A DNA stretch of 64,000 nucleotides, taken from positions 18,848,001-18,912,000 of the forward strand of contig NC_043006.1 of the NCBI RefSeq assembly GCF_006345805.1, in the 5' to 3' direction. The notes below the pieces were generated by a model. The model ran no database searches. It was not told where the DNA came from and worked only from the letters and a program-made list of their open reading frames with translations. This DNA is from Octopus sinensis. Lineage: Eukaryota. The translations under genes were made by a program, and so were the position numbers. Below, piece after piece: positions 36,354 to 49,800 of the stretch; positions within the stretch are counted from its first letter, which is position 1, and each line of letters starts with the position of its first letter.

Positions 36354-39300
36354 TAAACACTGAAACAGTAAAACACGAACACAAACGGAACATTCCCAAC
36401 AAACACGATGTAAACAACGAAGGGGAGCCTAATGATTATGATAATATATAAAGTAAAATAATCAAAGAACTGAAAACCACGGAGCTCAAAATGGACCACC
36501 GACCATACCTCCCCAGAATCAAAATAGACGAAACAACAACACCAATTATAAACAGCATAAACCTAGCCGTCACGGAACTAATAGCCACTGAAACAAAAAG
36601 CGATATCACTGAGCTAAATGACTTAGTATACGCAGCAGCCACTGCAGCCACAAAAGAAGCTGGATACTCACTCAAACCCATCCAAACAGGAGTACCACCA
36701 CCCAAACAAACCCTGTGGATAAATAACATCCAAAACAAAATACAAAAAATGAGAAAAGATCTGTCGATTCTTAATGAAATCAGCAGACAATCAACGCTAC
36801 TGAGCAACAAAAAGAAAACAAAAATACTCCGCAAATATAACATCACAGAAAAGATTTACCTGAGATAAAAGAAAAGCTGAAGCAAGATATCCTTGCCAAA
36901 GCACAAAGGATCCGCCGGTACGAGAAACGCCAGCGCTTCTTTGAACAAAACAAAAAGTTCAACTCCAACCTCAAAAAGTTCTACCAAGAACTTGGCAAAA
37001 ATAAAATAGAAGTCACTGCAGCACCAACGGCAATGGAAGAATTCTGGAGAGAAATATGGTCGGCGAACGAACAACCCCAAAAAAAGGAGCATCAAAATAA
37101 CAAACTCAGCATCCGAACAACTTTGGACCCCCATAACAACTGAAGAGGTCACCCAGGCACTGCAAAGACTAAGCAACTGGAAGGCACCTGGACATGACAA
37201 GATCCCCAACTCCTGGTTGAAATATCTAACATGAATGCACAAAAAGCTGGCTGAAAACTTTAACAACATACTGGCAGAGCCAGAGACAATGCCTGAATGG
37301 CTCACGAAGAGGAAAACCATCTTAATTCCCAAATCAAATGAGACAGAAAAACCAGAAAACTACAGACCAATAAGCTGTCTCCCTACAATCTTCAAGGCAT
37401 TTACTGCAGTAATATCGCAAAGGTTAAACAAGCACCTGGACGAAAACAAACTGTTCCCAGAAGAGCATAAAGGATGCCGCAAAGGCTCATATGGCTGTAA
37501 AGATCAACTAATGATTAATAAAACCATAACTGAAGACAGCTACAGAAAGAAGAAAGGCCTCAGTATGGCCTGGATCGATTACAAAAAGGCGTTTGATAGC
37601 ATCCACCACACATGGATCCTCGAAACACTAGCCATTAACAAAGTAGCAGCAACAATCATAAAATTTATAGGGCACTCTATGAATAAATGGCAAACAGTGC
37701 TACACCTCCAAACAAAAGAGGGACTCATGAAAACCAAAGACATCCCCATTAGAAGAGGAATATTCCAGGGAGACAGGCTATCTCCACTCTTTCTCTGCTT
37801 GGCACTGTCACCTCTATCTGATATGCTAAATAGAACTGGATGCGGATATAAATGTTACGGCAAAACGATCACCCACCTTTTATATATGGATGACCTAAAA
37901 CTATATGCTGCAAATGACAAACAGCTGGAAACACTATTAAAGACAGTTCATGGATTTACCAAAGAAATAGATATGAAATTTGGATTAGAAAAATGCGCCA
38001 AAGTAACCATGAAAAGAGGAAAATTAGTTAAGAGTAGCAACGTCACACTAGATAAAACCAATGAAATAAAAGAATTAGACCAAAGCCAAACTTACAAATA
38101 CTTAGGAATCCATGAACTAGATACGACACAACACACACAAATGAAAGAGAAAATAAAAAAAGAATATTATAGACGAGTTAGATCAATACTAAAAACAGAG
38201 CTCAATGCTAAAAACAAAATAATAGGTATTAACACTTTAGCTGTCCCAGTTATAAATTACAGCTACAATATCCTTAACTGGACACTAAATGAACTGACCA
38301 AAATAGATAGGAAAACAAGAAAAATAATGACAGGATCTAGGATGCATCACCCAAAATCTGACATAGAAAGACTATACACAACGTGTAGAAGGTGGTAGAG
38401 GCCTTCTACAGCTGGAAAACTACTATAAAATAACCACCATAGGACTGCAAAAATATCTACTTCAGAAGGAAGGAAAACTGATACAAATAGCAGCAAAACA
38501 CGATCAAAACAAAAAACAGTTCTCAGTATTTAAGGAAGCTGACAAATACAAACAAGAAATCATACCACCTAATAAATATGAAGAAGAAGAAGAAGATGAA
38601 GAAACAACAAAAGCTATAAAACAAATGAAATCCAAACTAAAAATAGGACAGCAACGAACCATGATAAAACGATGGAAAGAAAAGCCCCTTCATGGTAAAT
38701 ACTGCACTAAACGCAAAAGAAATAGACAAAGAAAAATCCCAGCAATGGTTGAGAAGCTCAGGACTCAAAGCAGAAACAGAGGGATTTTTAATTGCAGCAC
38801 AAGACCAAAGCCTCTCCACCAGAAATTACCAAAAACATATAATGAAAAGAAATATAACAAGTAACTGCAGAATATGTGGAGATGGACAAGAAACAATAAA
38901 TCATATTATCTCTAGCTGCCCAGTCCTGGCTAAGAAGGAATATATTCACAGACATGACAAAGTTGGAACCTACATACATTGGAAGCTATGTCAACATTAT
39001 GGAATAACAACAGAAAAAAGATGGTATAGGCACACAGCAGAAAAGGTCACAGAAAACGAGAAAGCAACCATACTCTGGGATATGCCGATACACACAGATA
39101 GAGAAATTAAGGCCAACAGACCAGATATAGTTGTCAGAGATCATGAAGAAAAAAATTGCTTTCTAATTGATGTATCAATACCGGCAGATGACAACGTGTC
39201 TCTAAAAGAAATGGAGAAACTCTCAAAATACAAAGACCTGGAAATGGAGGTAACCATAATGTGGAATCTAAAAACAGAAACAATTCCTATCATAGTAGGT

Positions 39301-39526
39301 GCATTAGGCATGATAAAAAAATATTCAGACAAATACATAACAAAAACACCAGGACTTACAAACACATATAACATACAGAAAATTGCACTACTAGGCACTG
39401 CACACATCCTACGCAGAGCACTTTCTATACAATAACCATCAGAGCATCACAACAAATCACAGTACATACCCAAGGCACACCGAGCTGCGCTCGGTAGTGA
39501 AGCACGCTATAAAAATAAAACTACTG
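36354..39526 (+). mobile_element. R4/Dong-clade non-LTR retrotransposon, 5'-truncated, in a (TAA)n array
   Basis: Single broken ORF with RT, CCHC and RLE domains; 3' UTR hairpin accgagc-tgc-gctcggt (39479-39495); (TAA)n on both sides. Confidence 0.92.
36491..39435 (+). pseudogene. disrupted RT-endonuclease ORF of the R4/Dong element
   Basis: YRPISCLPTIFK, QGDRLSP, YMDDLKLY, YKYLGI (37235-38398); CRICGDGQETINHIISSC, RHD, RPDIV..IDVS, EKLSKY (38692-39435); about four frameshifts and an in-frame TGA near 37231. Confidence 0.9.
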
Positions 39527-39983
<457 letters not shown>

Positions 39984-40014
39984 AATAATAATAATAATAA
40001 TAGTAATAAGTGAT

Positions 40015-40824
40015 CTGAAAGGATGCTCTGCGACATTGATATGCAGTGCCCAGGAACAAAATCTGAGAACTAATGACACCAAGTTCCAAATAGATAAAAG
40101 TAGCCAATCGCGCCTATTTTGGATGTGTAGCATCAGAATCGAAACAACCTCACATATTGTAGTGAGTGTAGGAAACTGGCCCCAAAGTACTACAAAATTA
40201 GGCATTCTAACGTGGCTAAGTTCATCCACTGGAGGTCATGTGAAACATATTGCCTGAACAGACCACGGAATTGGTACGAAAATGAACCAGAATGAGTCAC
40301 TGTAAACAAGGAACAAAAGATACTGTTGGATTTTACAATCCAATGTGACTCCCTAATCGAGGTTCGCAGACCAGATATTGTTGGTTTAAATAAAGGAAAA
40401 AGAAAAAGAAACCAAGATCATAAATATTGCAATACCTAGACATGCACGCATAAGTGACAGAAAACTAGAAAAAATCAAAAGTACAGACTATTAAAAGACG
40501 ACATTGCAAGAATGCGGACTATGCGAAGAGTGGCTGTCATTCCAGTAGTTGTAGGGGCACTCGGAGTAGTAACAATCAACTTCGAGAAATGTGTCAAAGA
40601 AATCGGAATTGACATGAGAGCAGATCATACCCACAAAACTGTTCTGCTGGGGACTGCTAGCATTTTGAGATTCCTACTTGGATGTTGAATGTCTCCCACA
40701 ATAACGATAATTAACAACCAAGTATCAAAGCTTATAATATGCGCAAAGAGATCCTGTGAGACCGCTAACAGCAGGCTCTGAGAATCTGCCAGAACAAACA
40801 AAACCGAACGTTCTGAGAAGTAAC

Positions 40825-40826
<2 letters not shown>
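40015..40826 (+). mobile_element. R4/Dong-type 3' fragment, different family
   Basis: ICSAQEQNLRT..MC..ETTSHIV; DFTIQCDSLIEVRRPDIV; IPVVVGALG..KTVLLGTASILRFLLGC*; UTR ends in (TAA)n. Confidence 0.85.
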
Positions 40827-40872
<46 letters not shown>

Positions 40873-40892
40873 TAATAATAATAATAATATAT

Positions 40893-41432
40893 GCAGTAGC
40901 AGGCAGTGGCTCTCATGGCTTCTGATCTTAACTGATTGGAAGTGTTATCATGTACATTGTCTTGGTATAAAAATGGGCTACAGCAAATATTCTGCTCAAT
41001 ACCACAGATTTGCTTGTCAGTTGTTTGACCGTAACCAGTTGAGCATGTCCCTTAGTGTCTGACGATATGTGCATATCTGATCACGAGCAGAAGTAGTGGG
41101 GGAGCATCATAGCCATGTGTTGAGAAGGATTCTTTGGGGTTTGAATGGTTCACCTCTGGAAACGTGGGTTGTTCTTTCAACATCCTTAAACAACCCTTAT
41201 TCAGGGACCTTTTGAGCGGGATGGGCTACTCAACCTGAAGAAAATTCTAACTGGGCCCCACCTGCAAGGTCATGTGCTGTTTATCTTGATATGAGATCAC
41301 CATGTCGCGCACATATGGTTGTGATGCATGTGCCTGGTGTACCCTTATCAGACGGGTAGTCATGATGGGTATATTGGGCTTCGTATATTTTACCCCAGTG
41401 TCACTTTGATGGCATGAACTGCTCTCTCACTC
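40893..41432 (+). mobile_element. family-E element, copy 2
   Basis: Colinear with 15343-15891; (TAA)n on both sides. Confidence 0.8.
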
Positions 41433-41482
<50 letters not shown>

Positions 41483-41484
41483 TA

Positions 41485-41803
41485 TGTGCCCTGGGAATGA
41501 TAGCAAAAGGGGTTGATTGCTACCTAACTCAGATACCAGGAAACCCAGAAATTCAAAAGATTGTGCTATATAGGAACTGCTCATATCCTACGCAAAATAC
41601 TTTCTTTGTAATCTCAAGTTTTAAAACAAATATAATTTTCGTATGTTTTTTTAGGCATTCACTAGTACAACACTAAATACAAAACCAAATATATGGCACC
41701 CTAGGCATAACACCAAGATGAACTTCCAACTTGTTGTCTCTTGAGGTCTCTGGGTGAGACTTGGTGCCAGCTTGTGCAAATGTAAAGCAAAAGTCAAACA
41801 TAG
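41485..41803 (+). mobile_element. R4/Dong-type 3' end, another family
   Basis: ALGMIAKGVDCYLTQIPGNPEIQKIV..GTAHILRKILSL* plus a distinct UTR; (TAA)n on both sides. Confidence 0.8.
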
Positions 41804-41816
41804 AATAATAATAATA

Positions 41817-41873
<57 letters not shown>

Positions 41874-41959
41874 TGATGATGATGATAATAATAATAATAA
41901 CAACAACAATAGCAGCAGTAGCAGCGGCAACAACAACAACAACAACAATAATAATAATA

Positions 41960-42172
41960 CTGTCTACTATAGGCACAAGGCCTGAAATTCTGAGAGAGGA
42001 AACTAGTCGATTATATGAACCCCAGTGTTTCACTGGTACTTAATTTATCGTACCCAAAATAATGAGAAGCAAAGCCGACCTCGGCGAGATTTGAGCTCAG
42101 AATTTAATAATGGACGAAATGCCGCTAAGCATGTTGCCCAGCGTGCTAAACATTTTGCCAGCTCATCGCTTT
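41960..42172 (-). mobile_element. diverged family-C SINE, (ATT)n-tailed subfamily
   Basis: ggcacaaggcctgaaatt..aaagccgacctcggcgagatttgagctcag..ccagctcatcgctt. Confidence 0.75.
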
Positions 42173-42202
42173 AATAATAATGATAATAATGATAATGATA
42201 AT

Positions 42203-42500
42203 GTGCAGAGCATTTAGGTCCCCCTGCGCGCATCTTTGACAAGACCATCCTACAGCATTTTCGAATATAATGGGTTTCTCTGAAAAGCTTAAACGACAAT
42301 GCTTGCAATGCCAGGCCATGGCCTTCTTAGAAATAGTCACAATTCGCAGCCCGAAAATTTCCCTAGATCGAACTCGCCACTTGATTCTCATGGTCGACTA
42401 ATTTTACCCGAGTGCACCGTCTCTGTATGATGCCAAAGTTAAAATTCAAGTCCTCTTTAGGCATTGCCCGACTGGTAAAGAACTGTGAGAATCTCACAGC
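42203..42500 (+). mobile_element. possible RLE-LINE 3' end (very diverged)
   Basis: GFSEKLKRQCLQCQAMAFLEIVTIRSPK loosely resembles the Q..ALL.T..ILR terminus; bounded by TAA-like repeats. Confidence 0.3.
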
Positions 42501-42523
42501 AATAATAACAACAGCATCAGCAG

Positions 42524-42715
42524 TGGAGGCGCAATGGCCCAGGAGTTAGGGCAGCGGACTCGCGGTCGTAAGAACGCGGTTTCGATTCCCAGACCAAGCA
42601 TTGTGAGTGTTTATTGAGCAAAAACACCTAAACTCCACGAGGCTCCGGCAGGGAGGGGTAGTGAACCCCGCTGTACTCTTTCACTACAACTTTGTCTCAC
42701 TCTTCTTACTTCTGA
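42524..42715 (+). mobile_element. family-B SINE, 3'-truncated
   Basis: tggaggcgcaatggccc..ggtttcgattccc..ctgtactctttcactacaac. Confidence 0.8.
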
Positions 42716-43074
42716 CACGAAGCAGAGGAACCATGCTGTTACCACACTATGGTGTGGTAAACTTTATACCCTAGTCTAGATTGCGAATCCTCTGTACCCC
42801 AGAATGATTCAGCTCTCCACCCGTTAAAAGCCACCGTTTATGGAATGAGGATAACAGCGCAGCTTTCGCGCCCGTGCAACTGCCAGTCTATCGCGTGTGG
42901 TGGGTGGATCTTCAAATTGCCACACGCATTCTTAGTAGCTTAGAGTAGGCTCGAATTAGAGATTATTCTTTGTGACTAATGGCGTGAGTCATGATTGGAA
43001 GAAGAAGAAGAAGAAGAAGAAGAAGAAGAAGAAAGACAGCAGCAGCAACAACAACCAAAATATTAATAATAATA

Positions 43075-43960
43075 GGCATGAAGGTTAAAACAATAATAAT
43101 TGAAAGCGCTGGGTATGATAAAAAGCAATTGAACAAAACATGTAGAAACTATACCTGGACGCTCAACACTACTGACTATAAAGAAAAACAGCCCTGCTAC
43201 GAACAGTCTACATCCTACACCAATCACTTTCAATTCAATAATAAACTCAAACAAAACAAATCACAAATACAAGACATACTCTATCAAATAAAATAAACAG
43301 CCACCAGGACATATACACTACAGGCCAGATACCCAACAGAAGAACACAACACACATTAGACCTACGTGGAAGCACTCCGTCGGTTACGACGATGAGGGTT
43401 CCGGTTGATCCGAATCAACGGAACAGCCTGCTCGTGAAATTAACGTGTAAGTGGCTGAGCACTTCACAGGCACGTGTACCCTTAACGTAGTTCTCGGGGA
43501 TATTCAGCGTGACACAGAGAGTGACAAGGCTGGCCCCTTGAAATACAGGTACAACAGAAACAGGAAGTAAGAGTGAGAGAAAGTTGTGGTGAAAGAGTAC
43601 AGCAGGGATCACCACAATCCCCTGCCGGAGCCTCGTGGAGCTTTAGGCGTTTTCGCTCAATAAACACTCACAACGCTTGTTCTGGGAATCGAAACCACGA
43701 TCCTATGACCGCGAGTCCGCTGCCCTAACCACTGGGCCATTGCGCCTCCACCCAACAGAAGAACACAACTCACATTAGACCTACAATACACAATACAAAC
43801 ACTAATACAACAAAAGACTGCAACTAGACCCAATAACAAAGGTAACTAATGCAATCGAAAATCGGGAGGAGTTTGTACTCCCCCCCCAAAAAAAAGAATA
43901 TACAATACCGCACACACCCCAGCAACACGGAGGGGTAACAGATGATGCAGGTGAAATTTA
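43075..43960 (+). mobile_element. R4/Dong-type 3' end with a long UTR, interrupted by a SINE
   Basis: KVKTIII..ALGMIKS..HVETIPG..KTALLRTVYILHQSLSIQ* (with frameshifts) parallels the end of ORF 38692-39435. Confidence 0.7.
43366..43749 (-). mobile_element. family-B SINE (tail variant 1) with a 34-35-bp TSD
   Basis: acccaacagaagaacacaac(a/t)cacattagacctac at 43331-43365 and 43750-43784. Confidence 0.9.
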
Positions 43961-44164
43961 CCTGAAACTATCAAATGTTGAATAGTGACGACGCTTATGA
44001 TAACTTGATGTCAAAGCTAGTAATTCTGAGGAGGGTAATTTGTCGATTTTATCGACTCCAGTACTTGATTGGTATTTTATTTTATTGATCACAGTATCAA
44101 GGAAAGTATCGGTTGAACTTGAAACGATGGAGAAAATATCACAAGGCGTTCTAACACCTCTAGA

Positions 44165-44221
<57 letters not shown>

Positions 44222-44244
<23 letters not shown>

Positions 44245-44540
44245 ATTAAATTAGAGATAAAACCACAATTAGGCAAATCATGCAATGAAAAACTTAAGCC
44301 AATACATAAGATTAATTAATTTATATTATTTTAAATATATATCAAAACTATTAAAAAAAGATAATTAGTATAACACTACGATCGTTTCATGGCTGTCCAA
44401 TTCTTAAATTTCGAGTTACAGTCATTCTTCAGGTGATTTAAATATCTAAAATATAATCAGAAATATTTAAGCAATATTTTAAAGATATAAATAATATATA
44501 TAATATAATAAGTTTGGATTATTCCCTAATATTTATTATA
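44222..44540 (-). mobile_element. Penelope-like short insert in (TA)n carrying a hammerhead
   Basis: 44226-44345 closely matches the arm at 28096-28200; ends with the inverted tattagggaat..ccaaact motif; (TA)n on both sides. Confidence 0.75.
44374..44435 (-). ncRNA. minimal type I hammerhead ribozyme motif
   Basis: cac-CTGAAGA-atgactg..(loop)..cagccat-GAAACGATCGT-A-gtg: 3-bp stem I, 7-bp stem II (1 mismatch), self-complementary stem III acgatcgt, GUA cleavage triplet. Confidence 0.7.
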
Positions 44541-44567
44541 TATATATATATATATAATATATATATA

Positions 44568-44651
<84 letters not shown>

Positions 44652-45179
44652 TAACTGTTGTAGCTACATAGTATATGAGCAAAGTATTGAGTGTGCATAA
44701 AAGTCAGAAGCACTGTTTTGGGAAAATGTTCTGATTACAGAATTCATGGGCGTAGAAATATCTTTGTTCATAATGAGCATAGTTGATAGAAGTCAATATG
44801 ATACCTTAATTGTAGGGAATTAGTTTTGGTTTATGCAGCTGAAAAATACTGCAATGTATTATAGTTCTTACATAATCCAAACAAAAGTGACAAGGAGGTA
44901 TATTTCGTGAAATTATACAAAATATATTAATGCGCTTTTCGGGATATAGTGAGTTTAAAGCATTATTGCGTTCTAAATACTTGAAGGGCCTCATGATGAG
45001 ACATGTTGAGAGTGTGGATGGAGTAACAAACGTTTGGTAATAAGGGGCTTTTCGTATGGTACTGAGTTGTATTTTTGACTGATTTTTATGCGGACTTACT
45101 TTTGAAAAGCTAGAATTTCTTATTTGTCATTAGAATGAGCGTTTTTTTAATTTCTGTCCAGATAAACAGCATGATAGAA

Positions 45180-45312
45180 CTAGATGGAGAGGGGAGGCTG
45201 GAATGCATGGGCGACTACTGGTCTTCCATAAACAACCTTGCCCAGACTTGTGCCTCGGAGGATAACATTCTAGATGTAATCCCATTGTCATTCATGAACG
45301 AAGGGGGGTCAC
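45180..45312 (+). mobile_element. family-D SINE 3' fragment
   Basis: tgcatgggcgactactggtcttccataaacaaccttgccc..tcattcatgaacgaagggggg. Confidence 0.75.
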
Positions 45313-46064
45313 AACAATTTATTTATATACTGACTTGGTTTAGAAATTTATGTTCCACGAAATATTTTCTTTCGTATGATAATTACAAAGTTTGGTGTTG
45401 TAAATTAGGGGGCAAGTTATACTACACTACATCTGCGAGTTCTTTTATGTTTTAAAGCTACTTTAGAGATGAGTTTTACCTTACCTCTATTTCAATGTTT
45501 CAGCTTATTAGAAAATAAGACGTTAATTTTACGAAGTTGCGTCTAACTAAATCATGATTACATTTTAAGGATTAGTTAGAAGATTGTGACTTTTAATTAC
45601 TACCAACAGTTATAATATGCTCATAACTAGCCGTCATCTTTACTTTCTACGGGAAATTAAGGACAAGAGAAAGTTACATTCAATATAGCGTTCGGTATAG
45701 ATATTTCAGTCGAAACTTTCGCTCATATGATTATGTTGAATTTGATTCTGATCCACAGAGAATCATCGTGGAATACAATCGATATTCTTTCATGTAAAAT
45801 AATGCCAATGCTGGTATTTTTGACAGGCGTGGTAGAATTTGCAATGTTGGGAGCTGATAAAAGAATTTGCTTTTTAGAAACAGGATAGTATCCGCTGATA
45901 TCAGCTTGGAAAAAACGCTTTTGTATATTACATGTACCACTATTCCTAAGGGACATGTGAATTATTGCTTGATAAGAGATTTTAGGAATAGTAATATTTT
46001 TTCATCACCTTCTCTCACAACATTTCTGTCAGCAATGTTATTAATAAAATATCAGACTCTTATT

Positions 46065-46116
<52 letters not shown>

Positions 46117-46120
46117 ATAT

Positions 46121-46152
<32 letters not shown>

Positions 46153-46254
46153 ATATATATTTGTAGTTTCAGCTTAGAGCTGTGGCCATTCTGGAGCACC
46201 TCCGTTTTGCTATACTGTTATTATTGAGATCCGCCTCTTAATATGTGGCACTTG

Positions 46255-46800
46255 GTGTAGAATGGAGTTTGATGTAGCCACCCTCATTTGCACCTATTGC
46301 CGTGAGGTAGGTTCGTCTGGGACTCTCGACAGGAAGAGGTCCAGCCTTGATTTTAAAACGCCTACATCTACTTTGTGCAGGTTCCTTAGGTTCTTTGGAA
46401 GTATATTAAAAAGCTGTGGGACCCTGAAACATATGCTGCTACAGCAACTGGTACTTAAACGCGATGGCATTGCTGGGGTCTATGGGACTGTGCAGTGTCG
46501 ACTCGTTCTGGCATTGGCGTAGCTTTCGATACCAAAATTTGGCACAATTCCTTCCAGGATCTTCCAGATGTATATTACTGCATACCTCTCCCGCCTTCGC
46601 TCCAGAGAGTAGAGTTTTAACTGTTTCAGCTTATCCCAGTAGCTGAGCTGTTGCAAAGAGACGATTTTCTTTGTGAAGCTTAGCTAGATTGCTTCAAGGT
46701 CCGCTGTTAATATTAACCTGTTGGGTGTCCATAGCTGGGAGCAGTAGTCCAGGTGGTTGAAGACGAATATCCTCCATGGGACCATCATGGTTTCCTTATC
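46255..46800 (-). mobile_element. CR1/L2-like LINE ORF2 C-terminal fragment
   Basis: Minus-strand translation HLDYCSQLWTP..LEAI*LSFTKKI..LSYWDKLKQLKLYSLERRRERYAVIYIWKIL..PQLFNILPKNLR..LDLFLSRVPDEP. Confidence 0.8.
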
Positions 46801-49800
46801 ACAATTCATAGTCTCTTCACATTCTCCATTTGGCTGAGCTGTTGGATTCTCAGCGACTGTCAACAGCTGTCCGCGATTTCGTTGATACTGTCCTCCATCT
46901 GATTAGAAAACCCCAGGCAGCCATGACTGCTTTTCTTGAATCTTGACTTGCATTCCGGGAGTCAAAGGAGGCAACTCTCTTCTACTTCTGTCGTATTAGT
47001 ACTTTTGTTGGTCTTGACAAGCTTTCAGCTGATCATGTAGCTGTTTCTGGTCCTGTACCTGAGGTTCCAGCAAGGCACCGGATACAAGTAAGCGACTCAT
47101 TAGCATTTGAGCTGGTGATAGTTTGATCATGTCAACCCATGTATTTCTGTACTTAAGTAGTCGTCTCGGTCACTAGATTCTGTTTTCTTGAGCAGATTTT
47201 TACTAACTGAACTGTACATCCAGCTTGACCGTTTGATTTTGAGTATGTCGGACTGGATGTTGCGTGTCTGAAGATCCATTCCTGACCAAAGTTAGGGAAC
47301 TCTGCACTCGTAAACTGCGGTCTCTTATCTGTCATGTGCTCATCTAGGATGCTGCGTCTGCCAAAGACAGATTTCACTCCTGTGATGGTCGTTTTATTTG
47401 ATAGGTCAGACAAATTCACAATTTCAGGGTATTTTGAGAAACAGTCCACACACACACTAGATAGTCATTGTTCTTGTACACAAGCAAGTCGCTTCAGACT
47501 TTGGCTCATGGTCGATCAGGAATTTCATGGCACTTCAACGGCTGTTCAGGATTACTCTTTCAGTTGTCGTTGCACATAGAGCACCGTGATACTAATTCTT
47601 CAATTTGTACAGTCATTCTTAGCCAGAAGATAACATCTTTGGCTCACTCTGAAATGAATATCATGAATTCTGTTCAACGTTTCTGTTTGTAGAGTTGCAG
47701 GAACTACAACTTAGTCAGCTTTGAAAATGAGATCAACAACAGTCAATTCATCTCGAATATTCCAGTAGTCTCTCGCACTTGCTAGAACATCATTTCTGTT
47801 TTCTGGCCATCCGCACAGAATCATTGATTTCAGCTATTGCAGTCTGGGTCATTCGCTGTGACAATCCTGAATTAGCTCAACTTTTCTGAGGTCATCAGCA
47901 GTTGTGATTTTAGGTCGACATCATATTCGGTTTCACCAAACCAATCATTACTGGCTTGAAGATATACCCTGTTCAAGGCATCTGTAACAACCAGTTCTTT
48001 TCTGGATCTATAGATAACTTGAAGATCATATTTCTGTAGATGCAGCAACATTCTCTGCAACCTCTGAGGAGGTCTACACTAGGATTTCTGAAGTGTGATT
48101 CCAAGGGGCGTATGATCAGTTTCTACTCGAACTGTTTTCCCGTAAATGTACCGATGAAATGTCTTACATCCATGTAGGATACCGAGCATCTTTTTCATAA
48201 TCTATGCATACTTGTTTTACTCATTTGTCAGTGACCTCGAAACGAACACTACTGGCTTGTCAGATTGCATCAACACTGCTCCTAGCCTTGTCCTTGTAAC
48301 TTCAAATTACTATAGTACTGTCACTCATTGTTTCAAATTCTTGAAACATGTTCGCTTCTTTTTTTCTCAGGGTCATGCACTCTCCTTCGGCAATAATTCG
48401 TAGATCTGCAGTTTCACTGGAGGGATTTGGCATGAACTTTCCCTGATACTGTATTATACCGAGGAATCTCATTAAATCTGTTCTGCTTTCAGGCTCCGGC
48501 GTTTCTTGGATAGCTTTCTCCTTTTCAAGATCTAGCTTCCGTCACTTGTCAGTGAGAAAATGCTCTATATATGCGAGCTCCGTCATTCTCAGCTTGAATT
48601 TCTTTGCATTCAGTTGACTGTATTCTGTTCAGAACGGTATGCAGTCTTTCATCACGTTGTTTGACACTTGTACCTCACACTAAAATGTCATCCACAATAT
48701 ATTCTGTTCCCGATAAACCTTCTAAGTTCTGTGACACTGTGCTCTGAAATGCCTCCGGCACCGACGTCACTCCGAAAGGTAGTCGAGCGAATCGGTTTCT
48801 ACCGAACGGGGTATTGAAGGTACACAACGTGGAACTGCTTTCATCATGTTGCATCTGCCAAAATCCAGACTCTGCGTCAAGAACAGTGAAGAAGTTGGCA
48901 TCTGCCATTCGTGATATAATTTCCCAACAGTTCTCATGGGATAATGTTCTCTTTTTATTGCACGATTGAGATCTTTTGGGTTTATACAGATCCTTATCTT
49001 GTTTGGTTTCACTATTGTCACCATGATATTAATCCAGTTTGTGGATTGAGTGTCTTTGACGACAACTCCAAGCTTGGTTATTCAATCAAATTCTACTTAT
49101 ATTTAGTCAATCAAAGCAGCAAGCACTTTTCTCGGCATGTGTATCACGGGTGTGATTTTGTCCACTAATACTATGTGGCGTTCTCCCGTCATGCATCCGA
49201 GTCCTTTGACCTGCTCTCGATATTCTCCTAGTATGTCTCCATTCACTTTCTGAATGTTGTGAACTCGCTGTACCAACTTTTATTTCTCACAGCTTTTTCT
49301 TCCCAGTATACTTGGGTGGTTTTCCTCCACAACCTGGAAAAGTACTTCATTCTGATTTAACTTGATACTAATAGTTCTATCTGACCCAGCGGGAATCGCT
49401 TTTCTTCGAAGTATGACACAGGTTTCACTCTTGATCTTGACAGTTCCGTATTCTTCAAATTCAAACTCTCGAACATTGATTTTGAAATGATATTGTACTG
49501 TGCACCTGTAGCCAGTTTGGCTTTCACTGGTTTCTTGCTGATTAATAAACTCTCATACCAGTCTTCATCATCTTTATCGGTAGTCGTAGTCCCATAAATA
49601 ATTCTTCAATTTTTTCAGTTTCTTAAGAATTGTCAACAGTGTGAACATTTTTTGTTTACTTTCTCTAGTGTCTTGTCTATCATACCCAGATGATATTCTA
49701 GTTTTACGCAAGTGTCAAAATGATGTTTCCCGCTGCATGTGTCACAAAATTTTCCTGCAGCTGTACACTTGTCTTTAGCATGTATGTAACCACACTGTGT

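Noticed and set aside
45700-46040. Protein-like readings in three overlapping short ORFs
   Set aside because: Internal stops in the most plausible frame and no recognisable family.
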